From: Candidatus Gallimonas merdigallinarum | Lineage (GTDB): Bacteria > Bacillota > Clostridia > Christensenellales > Borkfalkiaceae | Length of the DNA: 64,000 nt | NCBI GenBank assembly: GCA_904390485.1 | Contig: CAJFLU010000007.1 | Coordinates: 5,009 to 69,008, forward strand | Direction of reading: 5' to 3' | In this document: positions 30,570-39,516 of the stretch, one piece after another | Numbering within the stretch: the first letter of the stretch is position 1 | Layout: each line of letters starts with the position of its first letter | Notes under the pieces: generated by a model | Database searches by the model: none | What the model was told of the DNA's origin: nothing | Seen by the model: only the letters and a program-made list of their open reading frames with translations | Made by a program: the position numbers and the translations under genes

Positions 30570-30674
30570 CGCGCCGAATGCAAGCATCGGAACGCGGTTG
30601 CGCGCCGTGTGCAAGCATCGGAACGCGGTTGCGCGCCGAATGCAAGCATCGGAACGCGGTTGCGCGCCGTGTGC
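30570..30674. repeat. 31-bp tandem repeat, 3 full units plus a 12-nt partial
   Basis: CGCGCCG(AA/TG)TGCAAGCATCGGAACGCGGTTG at 30570, 30601 and 30632. Units 1 and 3 are identical, unit 2 differs at 2 nt. Confidence 0.9.
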
Positions 30675-30679
30675 GCGGC

Positions 30680-31594
30680 TCAGAGGACGCGCCGCCCCGT
30701 GATAAAGTACTTCTGCCGCGTGGCGGACATCTGTTCGATGACGGCGTAGTCGCTCGCCGTGTGCAGGATATAATTTTCGCCGAGGTAGAGCGCAACGTGT
30801 CCGATGCGTTCCACGCCCGTCTTGTTGTACCGCTGCGCGTTGGTGTAGAACAGGAGGTCTCCGCGCCGGATATCCTTCCACGCCACGGGCGTGCCCTGTT
30901 TCACCTGCGTGCGGGTGGTCACGTCGAGCATGATCCCCGCACCCTTGTAGAAGATATACTGCATGAGCGAGGAGCAGTCGAACGCGTCCGTCGTGAAGTT
31001 TTTCAAAAAATTCCCCTTGCCGTCGTGCAGGCGGACCGCGCCGTACACATAGGGAACGCCCAGAAGTTTCAGCCCCTCGTCGATGACGCGCTCGACCGCG
31101 TCGCTCGCCTTGGGCAGCGTTGCAACGGAGGTGTACGCCGTCTTTGCGCTCACATAGGCGGTCTTTCCGCGGTAGCGCGTCTCGTACCAGTCGCCGTTTC
31201 TGCCCGCAAGGTGCAGCATATCGCCGCTGTCCACCTGCCCGAGCGAGGTGTACGACGTGCCCGCGCCCCTGCGCACGTTGAGTCCGTTCGTATTCACCAG
31301 CACATACTCCGCGTGCAGACTGACGGCGGGAACGTCCGGTTCAGGCTCGGGCTGTTCGGGCGTCTCCTCGGGAACTTCGGGGGATTCTGGCTGCGTTTCA
31401 TCGTCGGGGAGCGCGGGCGCTTCGGGGAGCGTCTCCTCGGGGAGTTCGGGAAATTGCGTATCCTGATCGGGCAGGACGATCGCCGCGTCGTCGTCCGCGT
31501 TGTCCGTATTTCCTCCGCACGCCGCCAGAACGGGCGCAATGCCCATCAGGAGCGCAAGGGAGCAAGCAGTGGCTGCAATCATGTGTTTCTTCAT
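30680..31594 (-). CDS. Lipoprotein with SH3b domain and NlpC/P60 cell-wall peptidase domain
   Basis: Lipobox VLAAC, Pro/Glu-rich linker, SH3_3-like LNVRRGAGTSYTSLGQV, catalytic FDCSSLMQYIF ... GHVALYLG. Confidence 0.85.
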   Translation of the reverse strand: MKKHMIAATACSLALLMGIAPVLAACGGNTDNADDDAAIVLPDQDTQFPELPEETLPEAPALPDDETQPESPEVPEETPEQPEPEPDVPAVSLHAEYVLVNTNGLNVRRGAGTSYTSLGQVDSGDMLHLAGRNGDWYETRYRGKTAYVSAKTAYTSVATLPKASDAVERVIDEGLKLLGVPYVYGAVRLHDGKGNFLKNFTTDAFDCSSLMQYIFYKGAGIMLDVTTRTQVKQGTPVAWKDIRRGDLLFYTNAQRYNKTGVERIGHVALYLGENYILHTASDYAVIEQMSATRQKYFITGRRVL

Positions 31595-31704
31595 GGCAAG
31601 TACCTTCCTTGTTTGATTTCTCGGGTGTATTCTATCAGAACGGACGTTCCCAAAGCAAGAAAATCATACAGGTAAGCTGTTGGCAAAAGAGGGAAATACA
31701 GGGC

Positions 31705-31733
31705 TTGACGATTGCGCCGCGGCGTGGTATAAT
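31705..31733 (+). promoter_or_regulatory. Sigma-A promoter for the alpha/beta hydrolase gene
   Basis: TTGACG - 17 nt - TATAAT with TGg extended -10. Confidence 0.65.
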
Positions 31734-31783
31734 AACGGCACGACAACGGTCGCGTTCCGCCCGTCGGCGGGAAAGGGGCAGAT

Positions 31784-32680
31784 ATGGAATTTGTAAGTTT
31801 TGACGGCAAGAAAATTTTCGTGCGGACGTGGGAGGACGTCGAACGCCCGCGCGGGGTGGTGCAGATCGTACACGGCATGACGGAGCATACCGCCCGTTAC
31901 GACGCGTTCGCGCGCTTTCTCAACGAACGCGGATTCATCGTCGTGGCGGACGATCACCGCGGGCACGGCGGCACGGACGGGCAGACGCTCGGCTGGTGCG
32001 AAGGGGATATGTTCGCCGATACCGTCCGCGACGAGGGGGCGATCACCGACTTTTTCAAAAACAAGTACCCCGATCTGCCCTGTATTCTGTTCGGGTTCTC
32101 GTACGGGTCCTTCCTGACGCAGAGCTATCTGGGCAAATACGGCGACAAGCTCGCGGGCGCGGTCATCGCGGGGAGCAGCTATAAAAAGGATTTCGAGGTG
32201 TATCTCGGCGCGGCAGTGGCGGCGCTGGGGAAGGCGTTCTGCGGAAAACAAAAGCCCGCGCGGCTCATAGAAAAACTTTCCTTCGGGGCGTACGCCAAGA
32301 AGTTCGAGGACCGCGAGTGGCTGAGCACGGACGCCGAAAACAACGCGCGCTATCACGGCGATCCGCTGTGCGGATTCACCTGCTCCCATCAGTTTTACGC
32401 GGACTTCTTCCGCGGGCTGAAAAAGCTGTACACGAAAAAATATGCCGCCGCGCTGCCGCGGGAGCTGCCCGTGCTCATCGCATCGGGCGCGGACGATCCC
32501 GTCGGGAACATGGGCAAGGGCGTAAAGAAGCTGTATCGCTTCTATACGCAAAAGGCGGGAATGCGCAGCGTTTCGCTGAAACTCTTCGAGGGCTCGCGCC
32601 ACGAGTTTTTAAACGAGGCGGAACGCCGCGACGAAACGTGGAACGCCGTGCTCGGATTTTTGGAGGAATGCTGCAAGTGA
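31784..32680 (+). CDS. Alpha/beta hydrolase (lysophospholipase / monoacylglycerol lipase-like)
   Basis: VVQIVHGMTEHTARY, DHRGHG, nucleophile elbow GFSYGS, GADDPV. Confidence 0.8.
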   Translation: MEFVSFDGKKIFVRTWEDVERPRGVVQIVHGMTEHTARYDAFARFLNERGFIVVADDHRGHGGTDGQTLGWCEGDMFADTVRDEGAITDFFKNKYPDLPCILFGFSYGSFLTQSYLGKYGDKLAGAVIAGSSYKKDFEVYLGAAVAALGKAFCGKQKPARLIEKLSFGAYAKKFEDREWLSTDAENNARYHGDPLCGFTCSHQFYADFFRGLKKLYTKKYAAALPRELPVLIASGADDPVGNMGKGVKKLYRFYTQKAGMRSVSLKLFEGSRHEFLNEAERRDETWNAVLGFLEECCK

Positions 32681-32713
32681 TTCCGCGCCCTGCCCAAAAG
32701 AAAAGTACAAAAA

Positions 32714-32741
32714 ACCGCCCCGCGGATTGCCGCGGGGCGGT
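32714..32741. terminator. Bidirectional intrinsic terminator between convergent genes
   Basis: A-run, ACCGCCCCGCGG-ATTG-CCGCGGGGCGGT (12-bp stem), then T-run. Confidence 0.75.
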
Positions 32742-32770
32742 CGGTTTTCAGTTGAATGCGCGCTCTGCGC

Positions 32771-33220
32771 TCAGTTGATGACCTTGGGGTCGAAATTGAG
32801 CGTGTACTTGTTCGCGCCGCGGTCGTCGGGGAAGATGGTCGCGCCCGAAACGACGGGGAGCGTGAGCGGGTTGACGAGCGCGTCCGCCGTCAGGTTGGTC
32901 ACGGCGGCTCTGAGATAGGGGAAGATGGTCTCCGTCGCGTTGATGGCGAAGATGCGCTTGTCCTCGTCCGTCTCCATGTTCTGCACCTCGAACACGCCCA
33001 CGAAGCGCGCCAGCAGGTTGAAGGGCTTGGGCGATTCTTCCGTGCTCTCGATCTTGCATTCCAGCACGACGATGTTGATCTTCGGGTTCTCCGTGACGTG
33101 GCGGATCTGACGGGAGAACAGGGGCTTGATCTCAAATTTGGTATCGGGCGTCGCCTTTACGGGGTTGACCTTGAACGAAAGCTCGTCCGCAGTCAGTGCT
33201 TTCAAAGAATATTCGATCAT
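32771..33220 (-). CDS. SecB-like chaperone family protein
   Basis: Start moved to MIEYSLK (RBS GAGGT). TIFPYLRAAVTNLTADALVNPLTLPVV parallels E. coli SecB [28 protein letters not shown] (recalled from memory). Size 149 aa. Confidence 0.55.
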   Translation of the reverse strand: MIEYSLKALTADELSFKVNPVKATPDTKFEIKPLFSRQIRHVTENPKINIVVLECKIESTEESPKPFNLLARFVGVFEVQNMETDEDKRIFAINATETIFPYLRAAVTNLTADALVNPLTLPVVSGATIFPDDRGANKYTLNFDPKVIN

Positions 33221-33251
33221 TTTTCTACCTCTGATGATTTCTGTAAATCCC

Positions 33252-33280
33252 ATTGTACCACGCGCGGCGGGAAATGTCAA
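33252..33280 (-). promoter_or_regulatory. Near-consensus sigma-A promoter for the SecB-like gene
   Basis: On the minus strand: TTGACA - 17 nt - TACAAT with TGg extended -10. Confidence 0.65.
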
Positions 33281-33391
33281 TTCCCTTTGTGTACAAAATT
33301 GCCGTGCGGGCGGCGGATGGGGAAAAACCGCGTCGAATCCCGGGGAAACGCGCCGCCTTCGCCGTCCGTCTGCGGGAAGGCGCGCCGCGGA

Positions 33392-33838
33392 TCAGCGGTC
33401 GTCCGACCGCCCCAATAAATAATCCGGCGATACCTGAAAATAATCGGCGAGCAGTTCTAAAATCTCAAAGGAGGGCATCTGCCGCAGGGCGTACCATTTC
33501 GAGATGCAGCTTTTATCGAAGTGGCACGCCTTCGCGACTTTGTAAAAGGTGACTCCTTTCTCCGCGCGGAGCGTTTCGAGCCGTTCGTGGAAGCTCTCCG
33601 GACGGGCGGCGGGCGTGAACGCGTCGTTATCCGACCGCCCGAGCAGGTACGCGAGCGGAACGCGGAAGTAATCCGCCATGCGCGCCAGCACGACGGGCTT
33701 GGGCAGAATGCCGTAATTGTAGGCGTTGGAGAAGGAGCGGTAATCCACACCCATCTCTTTTGCGACCTGCGTGCGGTTCAGATCCCTTTCTTCGACCAAA
33801 TCGTGCAGCCTGTCCCTGAAATCAACACAAACCGACAT
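33392..33838 (-). CDS. XRE-family protein with two tandem HTH domains
   Basis: Start moved to MSVCVDF (RBS GGAGAG). Two Cro/C1-type units, each ending in YLLGRSD. Confidence 0.75.
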   Translation of the reverse strand: MSVCVDFRDRLHDLVEERDLNRTQVAKEMGVDYRSFSNAYNYGILPKPVVLARMADYFRVPLAYLLGRSDNDAFTPAARPESFHERLETLRAEKGVTFYKVAKACHFDKSCISKWYALRQMPSFEILELLADYFQVSPDYLLGRSDDR

Positions 33839-33888
33839 AACAACTCTCCGTTCGACAAAATAAGACACCCCCGCGCTTCCCCGCAGCC

Positions 33889-33917
33889 TTTACATCGCCG
33901 CCCCGTTGTGATACAAT
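33889..33917 (+). promoter_or_regulatory. Sigma-A promoter reading toward the interrupted gene
   Basis: TTTACA - 17 nt - TACAAT with upstream TG. Confidence 0.6.
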
Positions 33918-34045
33918 ATAGATGTTCCAAAAGAGGATGAACGCAGGGAGTATGCGCGTAGGCTTGGCGTCAACTACAATATATGCTTATTTTGCGTTCA
34001 AATAGGTGAGCATATGTATACGCTCTATTATTTAAGGAGAAAATT

Positions 34046-34105
34046 ATGACGGAAAACGAAAGAATGAAGCCCGTGCGGACGGTGATCAGCATGACGGAGT
34101 CAGAG
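34046..34105 (+). pseudogene. 5' fragment (20 codons) of a small gene interrupted by the mobile element
   Basis: AAGGAGA RBS then ATG. MTENERMKPVRTVISMTESE is in frame with 60160-60441 once the element is removed. In the current state the ORF runs into element DNA and stops at 34138. Confidence 0.65.
34091..34105 (+). repeat. attL core (ATGACGGAGTCAGAG)
   Basis: Identical 15-mer at 60145-60159, located at the composition break. Confidence 0.7.
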
Positions 34106-34186
34106 GTTGTATTAAAACGCAATAAATGGCTATTGTAAGGGTTAAAACGGCCTAAAATATACTAAAAAACCCGAGTTTTGACCAAT

Positions 34187-34222
34187 CTACCCTTATCTTC
34201 CCCACAAATTACCCCACAATTG
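34187..34222 (+). repeat. Arm-type repeat block, left (CTACCCTTATCTT-CCCCACAAATT-ACCCCACAATT)
   Basis: Matches the block at 60005-60042 in the same orientation. Confidence 0.6.
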
Positions 34223-34275
34223 AAATTATTATTCTAATTAGGTGGATTACATAATGCAATCCATCTGTCAGATGT

Positions 34276-35502
34276 TTATAGGATAGAAACAGGGCAATAC
34301 CAAGCGTTTTTGTTGTAGGGGATCAGCTCATCATTCATACAGATAATTAAACCTGTCTGTATTTCAAGATTTAGTTTTTCAAGTGTCTTAAAGTTTTTAT
34401 CGGCATCGGAAGGGTTCTTACTTTTTTTGATTTCGATCGGATAAGCCTTATTTCCTTTCAAAATCAGAAGGTCGATTTCTTTCTTATCGATATCGCGGTA
34501 GTAATACATATCAACGTGTTTTCCTGCATTATAGTAGCTTTTTATCAGTTCGGAAACGACATAGGTTTCAAAGTATGCGCCCGCCATGTTGCCGTTTTCA
34601 AGCGTATCTGCATTCGGCCAACGGCAGAGATATGCCGCAAGTCCCGTATCCATAAAATATACTTTCGGTGTTTTTACAAGGCGGTTTGTAACGTTGTTAA
34701 AATAGGGGTGAAGAATGTAAATGACACCGGAACGTTCCAAAATGCTTACCCAATTTTTCACGGTAGGGGCGGAAACGCCGATTTCTTTGGAAATTTCGTC
34801 GTATTTCAATTCCTGTGCCGTGCGCGCTGCCATATAGACGAGAAAGGAATAAAACTCGTTCAGTTTTCCCACTTGCGCCAAGTCCTTGATATCTCGTTCG
34901 AGATAGGTGTTCACGTAGTCCATATAATAACGATCACGTTCTATGTCGGATACGTGCAATTTCGGCATACCTCCACGGAAAATCAAATCGAATATTTCGT
35001 GGATATTTTTGTGCTTCATTATTGTCGCACGTTCTTTTAACGCATTGATTTCGGGGCAGAACAGCCCGACTTCCCGCCCATCGAGTTCCGCTTGGGAAAG
35101 CCCTGCTAAATCAAATACGGCAACTCTGCCCGCAAGCGACTCTGAAACGTTCTGCATCATGCGAAATTTCTGAGAACCGGTCAGCCAGAACATTCCGTTA
35201 TTGTCTTCGCCGTCGAGAGCCTTTTGATCCACGATACGCTTCATTTCTAACAAAATGGATGGAACGCGTTGAAACTCGTCAATCAAAAGAGGAGTGCCGT
35301 ATGTTTCGAAGAAAAGCGCGGGGTCTGTTTCGGCAAGCCGACGAGCGTTCATATCGTCAAGCGTTACATATTTACGCCCGGTTTCTTTGATATGGTTGAG
35401 CATTGTGGACTTCCCAACTTGCCGTTGTCCGCAGACCATAACGACGGGATAATTTTTTGAAGCGAGCTTCACTTGCTCTTCCAGATGTCGACGAATATAC
35501 AT
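34276..35502 (-). CDS. AAA+ ATPase (AAA_14 + DUF4143-type)
   Basis: Start moved to MYIRRHLEEQV. Walker A GQRQVGKST, LLIDEFQ Walker B-like, C-terminal DUF4143-like region. Confidence 0.7.
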   Translation of the reverse strand: MYIRRHLEEQVKLASKNYPVVMVCGQRQVGKSTMLNHIKETGRKYVTLDDMNARRLAETDPALFFETYGTPLLIDEFQRVPSILLEMKRIVDQKALDGEDNNGMFWLTGSQKFRMMQNVSESLAGRVAVFDLAGLSQAELDGREVGLFCPEINALKERATIMKHKNIHEIFDLIFRGGMPKLHVSDIERDRYYMDYVNTYLERDIKDLAQVGKLNEFYSFLVYMAARTAQELKYDEISKEIGVSAPTVKNWVSILERSGVIYILHPYFNNVTNRLVKTPKVYFMDTGLAAYLCRWPNADTLENGNMAGAYFETYVVSELIKSYYNAGKHVDMYYYRDIDKKEIDLLILKGNKAYPIEIKKSKNPSDADKNFKTLEKLNLEIQTGLIICMNDELIPYNKNAWYCPVSIL

Positions 35503-35698
35503 AAAATCACCATTCCGAGAAAAATAAAGTGTAACTTTATTATACTCAAAACAAAGTGGTTTGTCAAATAAAAAATGTAACATCGAAAATAAATATTTTT
35601 TAAGGATACCGTTCTCGAAAGGGAACGGCATTTTTTTATTTATAATTGTAATGAGCTTTTCAAAACTTGGATTATATTTACCTTTTTTTCAAAAACTA

Positions 35699-35727
35699 TT
35701 GGCAATGATTTAATTGTATTTTATAAT
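35699..35727 (+). promoter_or_regulatory. Sigma-A promoter of the AraC-family gene
   Basis: TTGGCA - 17 nt - TATAAT. Confidence 0.6.
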
Positions 35728-35755
35728 ACGGGTAGCGATCGAGCCCGAAAATCGT

Positions 35756-35793
35756 GCGGGATATATCCCGCATTCGGTATGCAATACCGAATG
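35756..35793. promoter_or_regulatory. Two abutting perfect palindromes in the AraC leader
   Basis: GCGGGATA|TATCCCGC (16 bp) and CATTCGGTAT-gca-ATACCGAATG (10-bp arms). Confidence 0.55.
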
Positions 35794-35818
35794 AAACTTC
35801 TTAACGAGGGAGGAAGCA

Positions 35819-36694
35819 GTGAATAAGTTGATATTCGATTTTAATGACAGCAAGTGCGAATTGGAAGTTTCACGGGTCGGGCAGGAGTATTGCCTGCCCC
35901 GAAAGTTGCATGAAAAACGGAAGGCGAGAAAGTACTCTTTGCACTGCATTTTTTACGGCTACGGCACGTTGATTAAAAACGGGAAAGAAATCAGCTTGAC
36001 GAAAGGCAATATGTTTTTGCTTTACGAAAACGAGGAACAAGAATACTTTCCCGATCCGATGGCACCTTGGGCTTATTATTGGATTGATTTCATCGGCGAA
36101 GGCGTGGAAAAAGTGCTTGCCGCTTGCGGGTTTTCAAGAGAAAAACCCTATATTTATTTAGGTGATAATGCCAATAATATATACAATCTTTTTCGGTCGC
36201 TTGCGGAAGAGTACGACGGCAGCTCATTGAATTCGCTCAGTTGTATGGGGTATACGCTCTTATTGTTTCAGAACCTGATCCAATATTGTAATCAATATGA
36301 AAAAAGGTTTACCGTAAAATCGGCGCGGTTCAAAGTCTTTCGGGATATTCTCATCTTTATCAATAATAATTACCGCATGAATTTTACGCTCGACGAAATC
36401 GCTGAAAAAATGAACGTTACCAAAAAGCAGCTTATTACGATGTTTAACGATTTTGCGGACATGACTCCCGTCAATTATATCAACCGTTTCCGCATATCCA
36501 CTGCGTGCGTGATACTGTCGGAATCTTCTGTAGGGATCAAAGCCGTTTCCCAAATGGTGGGGATCGAAGATGAAGCATATTTTACGAGAATGTTTACGAA
36601 ATGGAAGGGGATGAGTCCGCGCGAATATCAAAAGGCGCAGGTTTGCGAAGATCCCTATCAATGGTTAAAGGAAAAAAATCTTGATTTCTGTTGA
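35819..36694 (+). CDS. AraC-family transcriptional regulator (cupin sensor + HTH_18)
   Basis: GTG start after GAGGGAGG. C-terminal FTLDEIAEKMNVTKKQL ... YFTRMFTKWKGMSPREY. Confidence 0.85.
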   Translation: MNKLIFDFNDSKCELEVSRVGQEYCLPRKLHEKRKARKYSLHCIFYGYGTLIKNGKEISLTKGNMFLLYENEEQEYFPDPMAPWAYYWIDFIGEGVEKVLAACGFSREKPYIYLGDNANNIYNLFRSLAEEYDGSSLNSLSCMGYTLLLFQNLIQYCNQYEKRFTVKSARFKVFRDILIFINNNYRMNFTLDEIAEKMNVTKKQLITMFNDFADMTPVNYINRFRISTACVILSESSVGIKAVSQMVGIEDEAYFTRMFTKWKGMSPREYQKAQVCEDPYQWLKEKNLDFC

Positions 36695-36739
36695 GGCGGC
36701 TCGGCGGAATTCGGGAAATAAATATGTTAAGGAGAAGTT

Positions 36740-38524
36740 ATGAAGAAGTCAATGAAGCTTGCGGCGGTCGCGCTTGGTGCGTGCATGCTGCTGCCGTTCG
36801 CGGCGTGCGGAGACGACGTTCCGGAGGGTTCGACGGAAATTTCGTTCTGGTACGACACGACGATGTCGCAAAACAGGTATTACGAGGAGCTTGCCCGCAC
36901 CTACAACGAGGGGCAAGGGAAAATCGACGGCGTTTATGTCCGTCCCGAGCTGACGGGCGGAATCAGTAAAGGGGCGCGTCCCTATCTTACCAAGGATTCC
37001 CCCAACGTCATGACGATCGACGAGACGGTGTTCAAGGATTTTGCAATCGACGGATTGTATACCGATTTAACGGAATATTACGAAAACGACAAAGCGTTCT
37101 ACAACGAAAACGACGTTCCCGCAGGGCTTGCGAACCGCAACCGTTTCACGCGCAATACGGGCGGCGTTTCATATGCGGGCGAAGGACAGCAGCTCGTGGG
37201 ACTTCCGTTCGGCGCGACGCCGTACGTCGTGCTTTATAATAAAAAAGCGTTCAGCGATTATAAAATCAATATCGTTTCCTGCGAGGAGAAAAAGCTGAAA
37301 ACGCAGTATCCTTCTTTACAGCCGCACGGCTATGCGGAATACCTCAATTCGCCCTTCGAGGGGGCGGAAGCCTCAACCAATCTTGCGGGAGAGACGGTGT
37401 ACAAGGTGTTTAACAACCGCATTCCCATGAACTGGGAGGAAATGCGCTATCTTTCAAAATGCTTCACCAAGACGAAGGATAACGGCAGCGGCGGCACGGT
37501 CGGTTATAATCCTTCCTCGCCCACGGCGTACGGGTACGTCACCGAGTGGTGGTTCAACTACGCCTGGACGGTCGGCGGCGACTGCGTGGGATACAACGGC
37601 GAAAAGTACGAGCTTACGCTCGGCGACAAGACGCCGAACTACCTTGTAACCGCAAAGGACGGCGTGACCGTAAACAACGTTCACTATGCGGCAGGCGAGA
37701 CGTTGCGCTACGAAGATAAAGTAAAGCTCACTTCGAAGGATGGGCTCTACGAATTGCCTTCTACCTATACGGCGATTGCGGAGATCAACCGTTTCCCTAT
37801 ACCGGAAGGTAAATCTTACGACGACGGCGTACCCGGTTACGGCATTTCTTATCCCGATTCTACCGACCGCGTTACGGCGTTTACTTCCGAACTTGTCGCA
37901 ATGGCGACGCTCGGTCCCGTTACGCTTGCCGAGCTTGACAGAAATATGCGCGGCAACTACGATATCGCGCCCTGTCAGCAGTATCGGCTGTATAAGGACG
38001 GAAGCGTCTATTATAACGGGGAAAAGAACTTTAAGAACGAATATCTTAAAGTCATCGGAAAAGACGGCTACACGGGCGAGCTTGCCGTTGTCGGCGACAC
38101 GCCCGTGACGGGAAATATCGCCGCCTGCGCGGAGTCGCCTTCGCTCGTCGTGCCCAAAAATTCCGATCCCGAAAAACACGAGGCGAGCTGGAAGTTTATC
38201 CGCTGGGCGGCAGGTCCCGACGGGCAGAAGATCCTTGCCCAGACGGGCATTGTCCCCAATCAGCAGAGCGTAGCTCTTTCCGACGATTACCTGAAAACGC
38301 GCACCGACATCAACTTATATGCGCGTTCGCTGACCGCGACGATCGCCGATATCGGCGACTGGGCGTATTTCCAGAACGGCGATTGGGTAAAGGGCTGGTC
38401 GGGCGCCTTCAACGACGACGTCCGTTTCGGAAACATGAAATTCGCGGACTTTCTGACCGATAAAAAATCTGCGGCAGAGACGGCGATCAACGGCATGAAG
38501 ATTGTGATAAAGGGAAGATATTAA
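36740..38524 (+). CDS. ABC transporter sugar-binding lipoprotein (family 1 SBP, large variant)
   Basis: Lipobox PFAAC. Followed by two MalF/MalG-type permease genes. Confidence 0.8.
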   Translation: MKKSMKLAAVALGACMLLPFAACGDDVPEGSTEISFWYDTTMSQNRYYEELARTYNEGQGKIDGVYVRPELTGGISKGARPYLTKDSPNVMTIDETVFKDFAIDGLYTDLTEYYENDKAFYNENDVPAGLANRNRFTRNTGGVSYAGEGQQLVGLPFGATPYVVLYNKKAFSDYKINIVSCEEKKLKTQYPSLQPHGYAEYLNSPFEGAEASTNLAGETVYKVFNNRIPMNWEEMRYLSKCFTKTKDNGSGGTVGYNPSSPTAYGYVTEWWFNYAWTVGGDCVGYNGEKYELTLGDKTPNYLVTAKDGVTVNNVHYAAGETLRYEDKVKLTSKDGLYELPSTYTAIAEINRFPIPEGKSYDDGVPGYGISYPDSTDRVTAFTSELVAMATLGPVTLAELDRNMRGNYDIAPCQQYRLYKDGSVYYNGEKNFKNEYLKVIGKDGYTGELAVVGDTPVTGNIAACAESPSLVVPKNSDPEKHEASWKFIRWAAGPDGQKILAQTGIVPNQQSVALSDDYLKTRTDINLYARSLTATIADIGDWAYFQNGDWVKGWSGAFNDDVRFGNMKFADFLTDKKSAAETAINGMKIVIKGRY

Positions 38525-39516
38525 TGGAAAAGAGTGAAGAAGGCGTAAAAGCGGCTGCGGCGGAGGAAAAATCCGAAGCCAAAAAGCCGCTGCGCAAAAA
38601 GACAAAGTGGACGAAGGAAAGCGTCGTCGGTCTCGTGATTCTTTTGATCCCGCTCGTCGGCTATCTGATTTTCAGCGGCTTTCCCGTTGTCATTTCCTTC
38701 ATCATTCAGTTCGCCGATATGGATCGTTTCGATCTCGGAACGCTCAAATGGAACAATTTTGCGAATTTTTCCGCAGTGTTCACGGACGGGAGATTCTGGC
38801 ATTCGATCGGGATCACCTTCTGGCTGCTTGCGACGCAGATCGTGTCGCTTCTGATCGCGCTGTTGATGGCGGCGCTCCTGTCGCGCGACGTAAAGGGATC
38901 GAAGATATTCCAGATACTTTATTTTGTGCCGTATATTTGTTCGACGATCGCTATTTCCGTCATGTGGATGTGGATTTTCGACGGCAGTCTGCAAGCGGAC
39001 GGCGTTACGCGCGGAGGGGTGCTCAACAGCATTCTCGGCACGAATATCAACTGGCTGGATAATCCGGACAATCCGGGAACGCTCACCTGGGCGATCTTCA
39101 TTTCGATCGTATGGCGCGCGCCCGGATACGGTATCGTCATGTATATCGCGGCGTTCAAGGCGGTCAATCCCGCCCTACACGAGGCGGCTCAGCTCGACGG
39201 AGCAAACGCATTTCAGCGTTTTATCCACGTCACGCTTCCGGGGATTGCTCCCACGACGCTCTATCTTGCTATGGCGGGCGTGACTGCGGGTATGGGGATA
39301 TTCGGCGAAGCGACGATCATGGCGCCGATCAACTGGGATCAGGTTGCGGGAAGGGACGACATGGGACTGACCGCCATGTACTATATCTATCTCGAAGGGG
39401 TGAAGTCGGCGCGCATGCCGACGGCGGCGGTTATGAGTTGGTTTATGTTTATCATTACCTTTATTCCGTCGTTCCTGCTGTTACGCTGGCGGAATAAAAA
39501 GGAGGAAGCGTTATGA
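38524..39516 (+). CDS. Carbohydrate ABC transporter permease (MalF-like)
   Basis: Six TM segments, EAA-loop region HEAAQLDGANAFQRFIHVTLP. Confidence 0.85.
   Translation: MEKSEEGVKAAAAEEKSEAKKPLRKKTKWTKESVVGLVILLIPLVGYLIFSGFPVVISFIIQFADMDRFDLGTLKWNNFANFSAVFTDGRFWHSIGITFWLLATQIVSLLIALLMAALLSRDVKGSKIFQILYFVPYICSTIAISVMWMWIFDGSLQADGVTRGGVLNSILGTNINWLDNPDNPGTLTWAIFISIVWRAPGYGIVMYIAAFKAVNPALHEAAQLDGANAFQRFIHVTLPGIAPTTLYLAMAGVTAGMGIFGEATIMAPINWDQVAGRDDMGLTAMYYIYLEGVKSARMPTAAVMSWFMFIITFIPSFLLLRWRNKKEEAL

Noticed and set aside
30570-30674. CRISPR array
   Set aside because: The 31-bp units are directly abutting with no spacers, there are only 3.4 copies, and no cas genes are in the window.
33839-34045. 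Missing toxin gene of a TAC module upstream of the XRE gene
   Set aside because: No minus-strand ORF with an RBS exists in this interval. It contains a plus-strand promoter instead, so a complete three-gene TAC system cannot be claimed.
35607-35640. Hairpin CCGTTC-8 nt-GAACGG followed by a T-run between the AAA ATPase and AraC genes (possible sRNA terminator)
   Set aside because: There is no convincing upstream promoter or conserved partner sequence. It may simply insulate the AraC promoter from read-through, and there is not enough evidence for an RNA gene.
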